Source: Eledone cirrhosa (lineage: Eukaryota). From it: a DNA stretch of 64,000 bases. The notes under the pieces were generated by a model. The model saw only the letters and a list, made by a program, of their open reading frames with translations, was not told the origin of the DNA and searched no databases. This document shows positions 36,301-51,300 of this stretch, in pieces. Each line of letters begins with the position of its first letter. Positions within the stretch are counted from its first letter, which is position 1. Where the stretch lies: contig OZ024748.1 in NCBI GenBank assembly GCA_964016885.1, forward strand, positions 37,138,001-37,202,000, read 5' to 3'. The position numbers and the translations under genes are program-made.

Positions 36301-39300
36301 TTAACTACCTCTAGATCTAGTATGACAATGTTAGTGTCAGTGTTACCTACCTCTCGATCTAGTATGACAATGTCAGTGTCAGTGTTAACTACCTCTAGAT
36401 CTAGTATGACAATGTCAGTGTCAGTGTTATCTACCTCGAGATCTAGTATGACAATGTCAGTGTCAGTGTTAACTACCTCTAGATCTAGTGAGACAATGTT
36501 AGTGTCAGTGTTAACTACCACTAGATCTAGTGTGACAATGTTAGTGTCAGTGTTAACTATCACTAGATCTAGTATGACAATGTCAGTGTCAGTGTTAACT
36601 ACCTCTAGATCTGGTATGACAATGTCAGTGTCAGTGTTAACTACCTCTAGATCTAGTATGACAATATCAGTGTCAGTGTTAACTACCTCTAGATCTAAGG
36701 TGACAATGTTAGTGTCAGTGTTAACTACCTCTAGATCTAGTATGACAATGTTAGTGTCAGTGTTAACTACCTCTAGATCTAGTATGACAATGTTAGTGTC
36801 AGTGTTAACTAGCTCTAGATCTAGTATGACAAGGTTAACTACCTCTAGATCTAGTATGACAATGTTAGTGTCAGTGTTAACTAGCTCTAGATCTAGTATG
36901 ACAATGTTAACTACCTCTAGATCTAGTATGACAATGTCAGTGTCAGTGTTAACTACCTCTAGATCTAGTATGACAATGTCAGTGTCAGTGTTACCTACCT
37001 CTAGATCTAGTATGTCAGTGTCAGTGTTAACTACCTCTAGATCTAGTGTGACAATGTCAGTGTCAGTGTTAACTACCTCTAGATCTAGTATGACAATGTC
37101 AGTGTCAGTGTTAACTACCTCTAGATCTAGTATGACAATGTCAGTGTCAGTGTTAACTACCTCTAGATCTAGTATGACAATGTCAGTGTCAGTGTTAACT
37201 ACGTCTAGAACTAGTATGACGATGTTAGTGTCATGGTTAACTACCTCTAGATCTAGTATGACAATGTCAGTGTCAGTGTTAACTACCTCTAGATCTAGTA
37301 TGACAATGTCTGAGTTAACTAGATCTAGATCTAGTATGACAATGTCAGTGTCAGTGTTAACTACCTCTAGATCTAGAATGACAATGTCAGTGTCAGTGTT
37401 AACTACCTCTAGATCTAGTATGACGATGTTAGTGTCAGTGTTAACTACCTCTAGATCTGGTATGACAATGTCCGTGTCAGTGTTAACTACCTCAAGATCG
37501 AGTGTGACAATGTTAGTGTCAGTGTTAACTACCTGTAGATCTAGTATGACAATGTTAGTGTCAGTGTTAACTACCTCTAGATCTAGTATGACAATGTTAG
37601 TGTCAGTGTTAACTACCTCTAGATCTTGTATGACAATGTCTGAGTTAACTACCTCTAGATCTAGTATGACAATGTTAGAGTCAGTGTTAACTACCTCTAG
37701 ATCTAGTAGGACAATGTCAGTGTCAGTGTTAACTACCTCTAGATCTAGTATGACAATGACAGTGTCAGTGTTAACTACCACTACATCTAGTGTGACAATG
37801 TCAGTGTCAGTGTTAACTACCTCTAGATCTAGTATGACAATGTCTGAGTTAACTACCACTAGATCTAGTATGACAATGTCAGTGTCAGTGTTAACTACCA
37901 CTAGATCTAGTATGACAATGTCAGTGTCAGTGTTAACTACCACTAGATCTAGTGTGACAATGTCAGTGTCAGTGTTAACTACCTCTAGATCTAGTATGAC
38001 AATGTCAGTGTCAGTGTTAACTACCTCTAGATCTAGTATGACAATGTCAGTGTCAGTGTTAACTACCACTAGATCTAGTATGACAATGTCAGTGTCAGTG
38101 TTAACTACCTCTAGTTCTAGTAAGACAATGTCAGTGTCAGTGTTAACTCCCTCTAGATCTAGTATGACAATGTCAGTGTCAGGGTTAACTACCTCAAGAT
38201 CTAGTGTGACGATGTTAGTGTCAGTGTTAACTACCTCTAGATCTAGTATGACAATGTCAGTGTCAGTGTTAACTACCTCTAGATCTAGTGTGACAATGTC
38301 AGTGTCAGTGTTAACTACCTCTAGATCTAGTATGACAATGTCAGTGTCAGTGCTAACTACCTCTAGATCTAGTATGACAATGTCAGTGTCAGTGTTAACT
38401 ACCTCTAGATCTAGTGTGACAATGTCAGTGTCAGTGTTAACTACCTCTAGATCTAGTATGACAATGTCAGTGTCAGGGTTAACTACCTCAAGATCTAGTG
38501 TGACGATGTTAGTGTCAGTGTTAAATACCTCTAGATCTAGTATGACAATGTTAGTGTCAGTGTTAACTACGACTAGATCTACTATGACAATGTTAGTGTC
38601 AGTGTTAACTACCTCTAGATCTAGTATGACAATGTCAGTGTCAGTGTTAACTACCTCTAGATCTAGTATGACAATGTCAGTGTCAGGGTTAACTACCTCA
38701 AGATCTAGTGTGACAATGTTAGTGTCAGTGTTAACTAACTCTAGATCTAGTATGACAATGTTAGTGTCAGTGTTAACTACCACTAGATCTAGTATGACAA
38801 TGTCAGTGCCAGGGTTAACTACCTCAAGATCTAGTATGACAATGTTAGTGTCAGTGTTATCTACCTCTAGATCTAGTATGACAATGTCAGTGTCAGTGTT
38901 AACTACCTCTAGATCTAGTATGACAATGTCAGTGTCAGTGTTATCTACCTCGAGATCTAGTATGACAATGTCAGTGTCAGTGTTAACTACCTCTAGATCT
39001 AGTATGACAATGTCAGTGTCAGTGTTAACTACCTGTAGATCTAGTATGACAATGTCAGTGACAGTGTTAACTACCTCTAGATCTAGTATGACAATGTTAG
39101 TGTCAGTGTTACCTACCTCTCGATCTAGTATGACAATGTCAGTGTCAGTGTTAACTACCTCTAGATCTAGTATGACAATGTCAGTGTCAGTGTTATCTAC
39201 CTCGAGATCTAGTATGACAATGTCAGTGTCAGTGTTAACTACCTCTAGATCTAGTGAGACAATGTTAGTGTCAGTGTTAACTACCACTAGATCTAGTGTG

Positions 39301-42300
39301 ACAATGTTAGTGTCAGTGTTAACTACCACTAGATCTAGTATGACAATGTCAGTGTCAGTGTTAACTACCTCTAGATCTAGTGTGACAATGTTAGTGTCAG
39401 TGTTAACTACCACTAGATCTAGTATGACAATGTCAGTGTCAGTGTTAACTACCTCTAGATCTAGTATGACAATGTTAGTGTCAGTGTTAACTACCTCTAG
39501 ATCTAGTGTGACAATGTCAGTGTCAGTGTTAACTACCTCTAGATCTAGTATGACAATGTTAGTGTCAGTGTTAACTATCTCTAGATCTAGTGTGACAATG
39601 TTAGTGTCAGTGTTAACTACCTCTAGATCTAGTATGACTATGTCAGTGTCAGTGTTAACTACCTCTAGATCTAGTATGACAATGTCAGTGTCAGTGTTAA
39701 ACTACCTCTAGATCTAGTATGACAATGTCAGTGTCAGTGTTAACTACCACAAGATCTAGTATGACAATGTCAGTGTCAGTGTTAACTACCTCTAAATCTG
39801 GTATGACAATGTCCGTGTCAGTGTTAACTACCACTAGATCTAGTATGACAATGTCAGTGTCAGTGTTAACTACCTCAAGATCTAGTGTGACAATGTTAGT
39901 GTCAGTGTTAACTACCTCTAGATCTAGTATGACAATGTCAGTGTCAGTGTTAACTACCACTAGATCTAGTATGACAATGTCAGAGTTAACTACCTCTAGA
40001 TCTAGTATGACAATGTCAGTGTCAGTGTTAACTAACTCTAGATCTAGTATGACAATGTCAGTGTCAGTGTTAACTACCTCTAGATCTAGTATGACAATGT
40101 CAGTGTCAGTGTTAACTACCTCTAGATCTAGTGTGACAATGTCAGTGTCAGTGTTAACTACCTCTAGATCTAGTATGACGATGTTAGTGTCAGTGTTAAC
40201 TATCTCTAGATCTAGTGTGACAATGTTAGTGTCAGTGTTAACTACCTCTAGATATAGTATGACAATGTTAGTGTCAGTGTTAACTACCTCTAGATCTAGT
40301 ATGACAATGTCAGTGTCAGTGTTAACTACCACAAGATCTAGTGTGACAATGTTAGTGTCAGTGTTAACTACCTCTAGATATAGTATGACAATGTCAGTGT
40401 CAGTGTTTACTACCTCTAGATCCAGTATGACAATGTTAGTGTCAGTGTTAACTACCTCTAGATCTAGTGTGACAATGTTAGTGTCAGTGTTAACTACCTC
40501 TAGATATAGTATGACAATGTTAGTGTCAGTGTTAACTACCTCTAGATCTAGTATGACAATGTTAGTGTCAGTGTTAACTACCTCTAGATCTAGTGTGACA
40601 ATGTCAGTGTCAGTGTTAACTACCTCTAGATCTAGTATGACAATGTTAGTGTCAGTGTTAACTATCTCTAGATCTAGTGTGACAATGTTAGTGTCAGTGT
40701 TAACTACCTCTAGATATAGTATGACAATGTCAGTGTCAGTGTTAACTACCTCTAGATCTAGTATGACAATGTCAGTGTCAGTGTTAACTACCTCTAGATC
40801 TAGTATGACAATGTCAGTGTCAGTGTTAACTACCTCTAGATCTAGTATAACAATGTCAGTGTCAGTGTTAACTACCACAAGATCTAGTATGACAATGTCA
40901 GTGTCAGTCTTAACTACCTCTAAATCTGGTATGACAATGTCCGTGTCAGTGTTAACTACCACTAGATCTAGTATGACAATGTCAGTGTCAGTGTTAACTA
41001 CCTCAAGATCTAGTGTGACAATGTTAGTGTCAGTGTTAACTACCTCTAGATCTAGTATGACAATGTCAGTGTCAGTGTTAACTACCACTAGATCTAGTAT
41101 GACAATGTCAGAGTTAACTACCTCTAGATCTAGTATGACAATGTCAGTGTCAGTGTTAACTACCTCTAGATCTAGTATGACAATGTTAGTGTCAGTGTTA
41201 ACTATCTCTAGATCTAGTGTGACAATGTTAGTGTCAGTGTTAACTACCTCTAGATCTAGTATGACAATGTCAGTGTCAGGGTTAACTACCTCAAGATCTA
41301 GTGTGACGATGTTAGTGTCAGTGTTAAATACCTCTAGATCTAGTATGACAATGTTAGTGTCAGTGTTAACTACGACTAGATCTACTATGACAATGTTAGT
41401 GTCAGTGTTAACTACCTCTAGATCTAGTATGACAATGTCAGTGTCAGTGTTAACTACCTCTAGATCTAGTATGACAATGTCAGTGTCAGGGTTAACTACC
41501 TCAAGATCTAGTGTGACAATGTTAGTGTCAGTGTTAACTAACTCTAGATCTAGTATGACAATGTTAGTGTCAGTGTTAACTACCACTAGATCTAGTATGA
41601 CAATGTCAGTGCCAGGGTTAACTACCTCAAGATCTAGTATGACAATGTTAGTGTCAGTGTTATCTACCTCTAGATCTAGTATGACAATGTCAGTGTCAGT
41701 GTTAACTACCTCTAGATCTAGTATGACAATGTCAGTGTCAGTGTTATCTACCTCGAGATCTAGTATGACAATGTCAGTGTCAGTGTTAACTACCTCTAGA
41801 TCTAGTATGACAATGTCAGTGTCAGTGTTAACTACCTGTAGATCTAGTATGACAATGTCAGTGACAGTGTTAACTACCTCTAGATCTAGTATGACAATGT
41901 TAGTGTCAGTGTTACCTACCTCTCGATCTAGTATGACAATGTCAGTGTCAGTGTTAACTACCTCTAGATCTAGTATGACAATGTCAGTGTCAGTGTTATC
42001 TACCTCGAGATCTAGTATGACAATGTCAGTGTCAGTGTTAACTACCTCTAGATCTAGTGAGACAATGTTAGTGTCAGTGTTAACTACCACTAGATCTAGT
42101 GTGACAATGTTAGTGTCAGTGTTAACTACCACTAGATCTAGTATGACAATGTCAGTGTCAGTGTTAACTACCTCTAGATCTAGTGTGACAATGTTAGTGT
42201 CAGTGTTAACTACCACTAGATCTAGTATGACAATGTCAGTGTCAGTGTTAACTACCTCTAGATCTAGTATGACAATGTTAGTGTCAGTGTTAACTACCTC

Positions 42301-45300
42301 TAGATCTAGTGTGACAATGTCAGTGTCAGTGTTAACTACCTCTAGATCTAGTATGACAATGCTAGTGTCAGTGTTAACTATCTCTAGATCTAGTGTGACA
42401 ATGTTAGTGTCAGTGTTAACTACCTCTAGATCTAGTATGACTATGTCAGTGTCAGTGTTAACTACCTCTAGATCTAGTATGACAATGTCAGTGTCAGTGT
42501 TAAACTACCTCTAGATCTAGTATGACAATGTCAGTGTCAGTGTTAACTACCACAAGATCTAGTATGACAATGTCAGTGTCAGTGTTAACTACCTCTAAAT
42601 CTGGTATGACAATGTCCGTGTCAGTGTTAACTACCACTAGATCTAGTATGACAATGTCAGTGTCAGTGTTAACTACCTCAAGATCTAGTGTGACAATGTT
42701 AGTGTCAGTGTTAACTACCTCTAGATCTAGTATGACAATGTCAGTGTCAGTGTTAACTACCACTAGATCTAGTATGACAATGTCAGAGTTAACTACCTCT
42801 AGATCTAGTATGACAATGTCAGTGTCAGTGTTAACTAACTCTAGATCTAGTATGACAATGTCAGTGTCAGTGTTAACTACCTCTAGATCTAGTATGACAA
42901 TGTCAGTGTCAGTGTTAACTACCTCTAGATCTAGTGTGACAATGTCAGTGTCAGTGTTAACTACCTCTAGATCTAGTATGACGATGTTAGTGTCAGTGTT
43001 AACTATCTCTAGATCTAGTGTGACAATGTTAGTGTCAGTGTTAACTACCTCTAGATATAGTATGACAATGTTAGTGTCAGTGTTAACTACCTCTAGATCT
43101 AGTATGACAATGTCAGTGTCAGTGTTAACTACCACAAGATCTAGTGTGACAATGTTAGTGTCAGTGTTAACTACCTCTAGATATAGTATGACAATGTCAG
43201 TGTCAGTGTTTACTACCTCTAGATCCAGTATGACAATGTTAGTGTCAGTGTTAACTACCTCTAGATCTAGTGTGACAATGTTAGTGTCAGTGTTAACTAC
43301 CTCTAGATATAGTATGACAATGTTAGTGTCAGTGTTAACTACCTCTAGATCTAGTATGACAATGTTAGTGTCAGTGTTAACTACCTCTAGATCTAGTGTG
43401 ACAATGTCAGTGTCAGTGTTAACTACCTCTAGATCTAGTATGACAATGTTAGTGTCAGTGTTAACTATCTCTAGATCTAGTGTGACAATGTTAGTGTCAG
43501 TGTTAACTACCTCTAGATATAGTATGACAATGTCAGTGTCAGTGTTAACTACCTCTAGATCTAGTATGACAATGTCAGTGTCAGTGTTAACTACCTCTAG
43601 ATCTAGTATGACAATGTCAGTGTCAGTGTTAACTACCTCTAGATCTAGTATAACAATGTCAGTGTCAGTGTTAACTACCACAAGATCTAGTATGACAATG
43701 TCAGTGTCAGTCTTAACTACCTCTAAATCTGGTATGACAATGTCCGTGTCAGTGTTAACTACCACTAGATCTAGTATGACAATGTCAGTGTCAGTGTTAA
43801 CTACCTCAAGATCTAGTGTGACAATGTTAGTGTCAGTGTTAACTACCTCTAGATCTAGTATGACAATGTCAGTGTCAGTGTTAACTACCACTAGATCTAG
43901 TATGACAATGTCAGAGTTAACTACCTCTAGATCTAGTATGACAATGTCAGTGTCAGTGTTAACTACCTCTAGATCTAGTATGACAATGTTAGTGTCAGTG
44001 TTAACTATCTCTAGATCTAGTGTGACAATGTTAGTGTCAGTGTTAACTACCTCTAGATATAGTATGACAATGTCAGTGTCAGTGTTAACTACCTCTAGAT
44101 CTAGTATGACAATGTCAGTGTCAGTGTTAACTACCACAATATCTAGTGTGACAATGTTAGTGTCAGTGTTAACTACCTCTAGATATAGTATGACAATGTC
44201 AGTGTCAGTGTTTACTACCTCTAGATCTAGTATGACAATGTTAGTGTCAGTGTTAACTACCTCTAGATCTAGTGTGACAATGTTAGTGTCAGTGTTAACT
44301 ACCTCTAGATATAGTATGACAATGTTAGTGTCAGTGTTAACTACCTCTAGATCTAGTATGACAATGTTAGTGTCAGTGTTAACTACCTCTAGATCTAGTG
44401 TGACAATGTTAGTGTCAGTGTTAACTACCTCCAAATGGAGTATGACAATGTCAGTGTCAGTGTTAACTACCTCTAGATCTAGTATGACAATGTCAGTGTC
44501 ATGGTTAACTACCTCTAGATCTAGTGTGACAATGTTAGTGTCAGTGTTAACTACCACTAGATCTAGTATGACAATGTCAGTGTCAGTGTTAACTACCTCT
44601 AGATCTAGTATGACAATGTTAGTGTCAGTGTTAACTACCACTAGATCTAGTATGACAATGTCAGTGTCAGGGTTAACTACCTCAAGATATAGTGTGACAA
44701 TGTTAGTGTCAGTGTTAACTACCTCTAGATCTAGTATGACAATGTTAGTGTCTGTGTTAACTACCACTAGATCTAGTATGACAATGTCAGTGGCAGGTTT
44801 AACTACCTCAAGATCTAGTGTGACAATGTCAGTGTCAGTGTTAACTACCTCTAGATCTAGTATGACAATGTCAGTGTCAGTGTTAACTACCTCTAGATCT
44901 AGTATGACAATGTTAGTGTCAGTGTTAACTACCTCTAGATCTAGTATGACAATGTTAGTGTCAGTGTTAACTACCTCTAGATCTAGTGTGACAATGTTAG
45001 TGTCAGTGTTAACTACCTCAAGATCTAGTGTGACAATGTCAGTGTCTGTGTTAACTGCCTCTAGATCTAGTATGACAATGTCAGTGTCAGGGTTAACTAC
45101 CTCAAGATCTAGTGTGACGATGTTAGTGTCAGTGTTAACTACCTCTAGATCTAGTATGACAATGTCAGTGTCAGTGTTAACTACCTCTAGATCTAGTGTG
45201 ACAATGTCAGTGTCAGTGTTAACTACCTCTAGATCTAGTATGACAATGTCAGTGTCAGTGCTAACTACCTCTAGATCTAGTATGACAATGTCAGTGTCAG

Positions 45301-48300
45301 TGTTAACTACCTCTAGATCTAGTGTGACAATGTCAGTGTCAGTGTTAACTACCTCTAGATCTAGTATGACAATGTCAGTGTCAGGGTTAACTACCTCAAG
45401 ATCTAGTGTGACGATGTTAGTGTCAGTGTTAACTACCTCTAGATCTAGTATGACAATGTTAGTGTCAGTGTTAACTACGACTAGATCTAGTATGACAATG
45501 TTAGTGTCAGTGTTAACTACCTCTAGATCTAGTATGACAATGTTAGTGTCAGTGTTAACTACCACTAGATCTAGTATGACAATGTCAGTGTCAGTGTTAA
45601 CTACCACTAGATCTAGTATGACAATGTTAGTGTCAGTGTTAACTACCACTAGATCTAGTATGACAATGTCAGTGTCAGGGTTAACTACCTCAAGATCTAG
45701 TGTGACAATGTTAGTGTCAGTGTTAACTAACTCTAGATCTAGTATGACAATGTTAGTGTCAGTGTTAACTACCACTAGATCTAGTATGACAATGTCAGTG
45801 CCAGGGTTAACTACCTCAAGATCTAGTATGACAATGTTAGTGTCAGTGTTATCTACCTCTAGATCTAGTATGACAATGTCAGTGTCAGTGTTAACTACCT
45901 CTAGATCTAGTATGACAATGTCAGTGTCAGTGTTATCTACCTCGAGATCTAGTATGACAATGTCAGTGTCAGTGTTAACTACCTCTAGATCTAGTATGAC
46001 AATGTCAGTGTCAGTGTTAACTACCTGTAGATCTAGTATGACAATGTCAGTGACAGTGTTAACTACCTCTAGATCTAGTATGACAATGTTAGTGTCAGTG
46101 TTACCTACCACAAGATCTAGTATGACAATGTCAGTGTCAGTGTTAACTACCTCTAAATCTGGTATGACAATGTCAGTGTCAGTGTTAACTACCACTAGAT
46201 CTAGTATGACAATGTCAGAGTTAACTACCTCTAGATCTAGTATGACAATGTCAGTGTCAGTGTTAACTACCTCTAGATCTAGTATGACAATGTTAGTGTC
46301 AGTGTTAACTATCTCTAGATCTAGTGTGACAATGTTAGTGTCAGTGTTAACTACCTCTAGATATAGTATGACAATGTCAGTGTCAGTGTTAACTACCTCT
46401 AGATCTAGTATGACAATGTCAGTGTCAGTGTTAACTACCACAATATCTAGTGTGACAATGTTAGTGTCAGTGTTAACTACCTCTAGATATAGTATGACAA
46501 TGTCAGTGTCAGTGTTTACTACCTCTAGATCTAGTATGACAATGTTAGTGTCAGTGTTAACTACCTCTAGATCTAGTGTGACAATGTTAGTGTCAGTGTT
46601 AACTACCTGTAGATATAGTATGACAATGTTAGTGTCAGTGTTAACTACCTCTAGATCTAGTATGACAATGTTAGTGTCAGTGTTAACTACCTCTAGATCT
46701 AGTGTGACAATGTTAGTGTCAGTGTTAACTACCTCCAAATGGAGTATGACAATGTCAGTGTCAGTGTTAACTACCTCTAGATCTAGTATGACAATGTCAG
46801 TGTCATGGTTAACTACCTCTAGATCTAGTGTGACAATGTTAGTTTCAGTGTTAACTACCACTAGATCTAGTATGACAATGTCAGTGTCAGTGTTAACTAC
46901 CTCTAGATCTAGTATGACAATGTTAGTGTCAGTGTTAACTACCACTAGATCTAGTATGACAATGTCAGTGTCAGGGTTAACTACCTCAAGATCTAGTGTG
47001 ACAATGTTAGTGTCAGTGTTAACTACCTCTAGATCTAGTATGACAATGTTAGTGTCTGTGTTAACTAACACTAGATCTAGTATGACAATGTCAGTGGCAG
47101 GGTTAACTACCTCAAGATCTAGTGTGACAATGTCAGTGTCAGTGTTAACTACCTCTAGATCTAGTATGACAATGTCAGTGTCAGTGTTAACTACCTCTAG
47201 ATCTAGTATGACAATGTTAGTGTCAGTGTTAACTACCTCTAGATCTAGTATGACAATGTTAGTGTCAGTGTTAACTACCTCTAGATCTAGTGTGACAATG
47301 TTAGTGTCAGTGTTAACTACCTCAAGATCTAGTGTGACAATGTCAGTGTCAGTGTTAACTGCCTCTAGATCTAGTATGACAATGTCAGTGTCAGGGTTAA
47401 CTACCTCAAGATCTAGTGTGACGATGTTAGTGTCAGTGTTAACTACCTCTAGATCTAGTATGACAATGTCAGTGTCAGTGTTAACTACCTCTAGATCTAG
47501 TGTGACAATGTCAGTGTCAGTGTTAACTACCTCTAGATCTAGTATGACAATGTCAGTGTCAGTGCTAACTACCTCTAGATCTAGTATGACAATGTCAGTG
47601 TCAGTGTTAACTACCTCTAGATCTAGTGTGACAATGTCAGTGTCAGTGTTAACTACCTCTAGATCTAGTATGACAATGTCAGTGTCAGGGTTAACTACCT
47701 CAAGATCTAGTGTGACGATGTTAGTGTCAGTGTTAAATACCTCTAGATCTAGTATGACAATGTTAGTGTCAGTGTTAACTACGACTAGATCTAGTATGAC
47801 AATGTTAGTGTCAGTGTTAACTACCTCTAGATCTAGTATGACAATGTTAGTGTCAGTGTTAACTACCACTAGATCTAGTATGACAATGTCAGTGTCAGTG
47901 TTAACTACCACTAGATCTAGTATGACAATGTTAGTGTCAGTGTTAACTACCACTAGATCTAGTATGACAATGTCAGTGTCAGGGTTAACTACCTCAAGAT
48001 CTAGTGTGACAATGTTAGTGTCAGTGTTAACTAACTCTAGATCTAGTATGACAATGTTAGTGTCAGTGTTAACTACCACTAGATCTAGTATGACAATGTC
48101 AGTGCCAGGGTTAACTACCTCAAGATCTAGTATGACAATGTTAGTGTCAGTGTTATCTACCTCTAGATCTAGTATGACAATGTCAGTGTCAGTGTTAACT
48201 ACCTCTAGATCTAGTATGACAATGTCAGTGTCAGTGTTATCTACCTCGAGATCTAGTATGACAATGTCAGTGTCAGTGTTAACTACCTCTAGATCTAGTA

Positions 48301-51300
48301 TGACAATGTCAGTGTCAGTGTTAACTACCTGTAGATCTAGTATGACAATGTCAGTGACAGTGTTAACTACCTCTAGATCTAGTATGACAATGTTAGTGTC
48401 AGTGTTACCTACCTCTCGATCTAGTATGACAATGTCAGTGTCAGTGTTAACTACCTCTAGATCTAGTATGACAATGTTAGTGTCTGTGTTAACTACCTCT
48501 AGATCTAGTGTGACAATGTTAGTGTCAGTGTTAACTACCTCCAAATGGAGTATGACAATGTCAGTGTCAGTGTTAACTACCTCTAGATCTAGTATGACAA
48601 TGTCAGTGTCATGGTTAACTACCTCTAGATCTAGTGTGACAATGTTAGTGTCAGTGTTAACTACCTCTAGATCTAGTATGACAATGTTAGTGTCAGTGTT
48701 AACTACCTCTAGATCTAGTGTGACAATGTTAGTGTCAGTGTTAACTACCTCCAAATGGAGTATGACAATGTCAGTGTCAGTGTTAACTACCTCTAGATCT
48801 AGTATGACAATGTCAGTGTCATGGTTAACTACCTCTAGATCTAGTGTGACAATGTTAGTGTCAGTGTTAACTACCACTAGATCTAGTATGACAATGTCAG
48901 TGTCAGTGTTAACTACCTCTAGATCTAGTATGACAATGTTAGTGTCAGTGTTAACTACCACTAGATCTAGTATGACAATGTCAGTGTCAGGGTTAACTAC
49001 CTCAAGATATAGTGTGACAATGTTAGTGTCAGTGTTAACTACCTCTAGATCTAGTATGACAATGTTAGTGTCTGTGTTAACTACCACTAGATCTAGTATG
49101 ACAATGTCAGTGGCAGGTTTAACTACCTCAAGATCTAGTGTGACAATGTCAGTGTCAGTGTTAACTACCTCTAGATCTAGTATGACAATGTCAGTGTCAG
49201 TGTTAACTACCTCTAGATCTAGTATGACAATGTTAGTGTCAGTGTTAACTACCTCTAGATCTAGTATGACAATGTTAGTGTCAGTGTTAACTACCTCTAG
49301 ATCTAGTGTGACAATGTTAGTGTCAGTGTTAACTACCTCAAGATCTAGTGTGACAATGTCAGTGTCTGTGTTAACTGCCTCTAGATCTAGTATGACAATG
49401 TCAGTGTCAGGGTTAACTACCTCAAGATCTAGTGTGACGATGTTAGTGTCAGTGTTAACTACCTCTAGATCTAGTATGACAATGTCAGTGTCAGTGTTAA
49501 CTACCTCTAGATCTAGTGTGACAATGTCAGTGTCAGTGTTAACTACCTCTAGATCTAGTATGACAATGTCAGTGTCAGTGCTAACTACCTCTAGATCTAG
49601 TATGACAATGTCAGTGTCAGTGTTAACTACCTCTAGATCTAGTGTGACAATGTCAGTGTCAGTGTTAACTACCTCTAGATCTAGTATGACAATGTCAGTG
49701 TCAGGGTTAACTACCTCAAGATCTAGTGTGACGATGTTAGTGTCAGTGTTAACTACCTCTAGATCTAGTATGACAATGTTAGTGTCAGTGTTAACTACGA
49801 CTAGATCTAGTATGACAATGTTAGTGTCAGTGTTAACTACCTCTAGATCTAGTATGACAATGTTAGTGTCAGTGTTAACTACCACTAGATCTAGTATGAC
49901 AATGTCAGTGTCAGTGTTAACTACCACTAGATCTAGTATGACAATGTTAGTGTCAGTGTTAACTACCACTAGATCTAGTATGACAATGTCAGTGTCAGGG
50001 TTAACTACCTCAAGATCTAGTGTGACAATGTTAGTGTCAGTGTTAACTAACTCTAGATCTAGTATGACAATGTTAGTGTCAGTGTTAACTACCACTAGAT
50101 CTAGTATGACAATGTCAGTGCCAGGGTTAACTACCTCAAGATCTAGTATGACAATGTTAGTGTCAGTGTTATCTACCTCTAGATCTAGTATGACAATGTC
50201 AGTGTCAGTGTTAACTACCTCTAGATCTAGTATGACAATGTCAGTGTCAGTGTTATCTACCTCGAGATCTAGTATGACAATGTCAGTGTCAGTGTTAACT
50301 ACCTCTAGATCTAGTATGACAATGTCAGTGTCAGTGTTAACTACCTGTAGATCTAGTATGACAATGTCAGTGACAGTGTTAACTACCTCTAGATCTAGTA
50401 TGACAATGTTAGTGTCAGTGTTACCTACCACAAGATCTAGTATGACAATGTCAGTGTCAGTGTTAACTACCTCTAAATCTGGTATGACAATGTCAGTGTC
50501 AGTGTTAACTACCACTAGATCTAGTATGACAATGTCAGAGTTAACTACCTCTAGATCTAGTATGACAATGTCAGTGTCAGTGTTAACTACCTCTAGATCT
50601 AGTATGACAATGTTAGTGTCAGTGTTAACTATCTCTAGATCTAGTGTGACAATGTTAGTGTCAGTGTTAACTACCTCTAGATATAGTATGACAATGTCAG
50701 TGTCAGTGTTAACTACCTCTAGATCTAGTATGACAATGTCAGTGTCAGTGTTAACTACCACAATATCTAGTGTGACAATGTTAGTGTCAGTGTTAACTAC
50801 CTCTAGATATAGTATGACAATGTCAGTGTCAGTGTTTACTACCTCTAGATCTAGTATGACAATGTTAGTGTCAGTGTTAACTACCTCTAGATCTAGTGTG
50901 ACAATGTTAGTGTCAGTGTTAACTACCACTAGATCTAGTATGACAATGTCAGTGTCAGTGTTAACTACCTCTAGATCTAGTATGACAATGTTAGTGTCAG
51001 TGTTAACTACCACTAGATCTAGTATGACAATGTCAGTGTCAGGGTTAACTACCTCAAGATCTAGTGTGACAATGTTAGTGTCAGTGTTAACTACCTCTAG
51101 ATCTAGTATGACAATGTTAGTGTCTGTGTTAACTAACACTAGATCTAGTATGACAATGTCAGTGGCAGGGTTAACTACCTCAAGATCTAGTGTGACAATG
51201 TCAGTGTCAGTGTTAACTACCTCTAGATCTAGTATGACAATGTCAGTGTCAGTGTTAACTACCTCTAGATCTAGTATGACAATGTTAGTGTCAGTGTTAA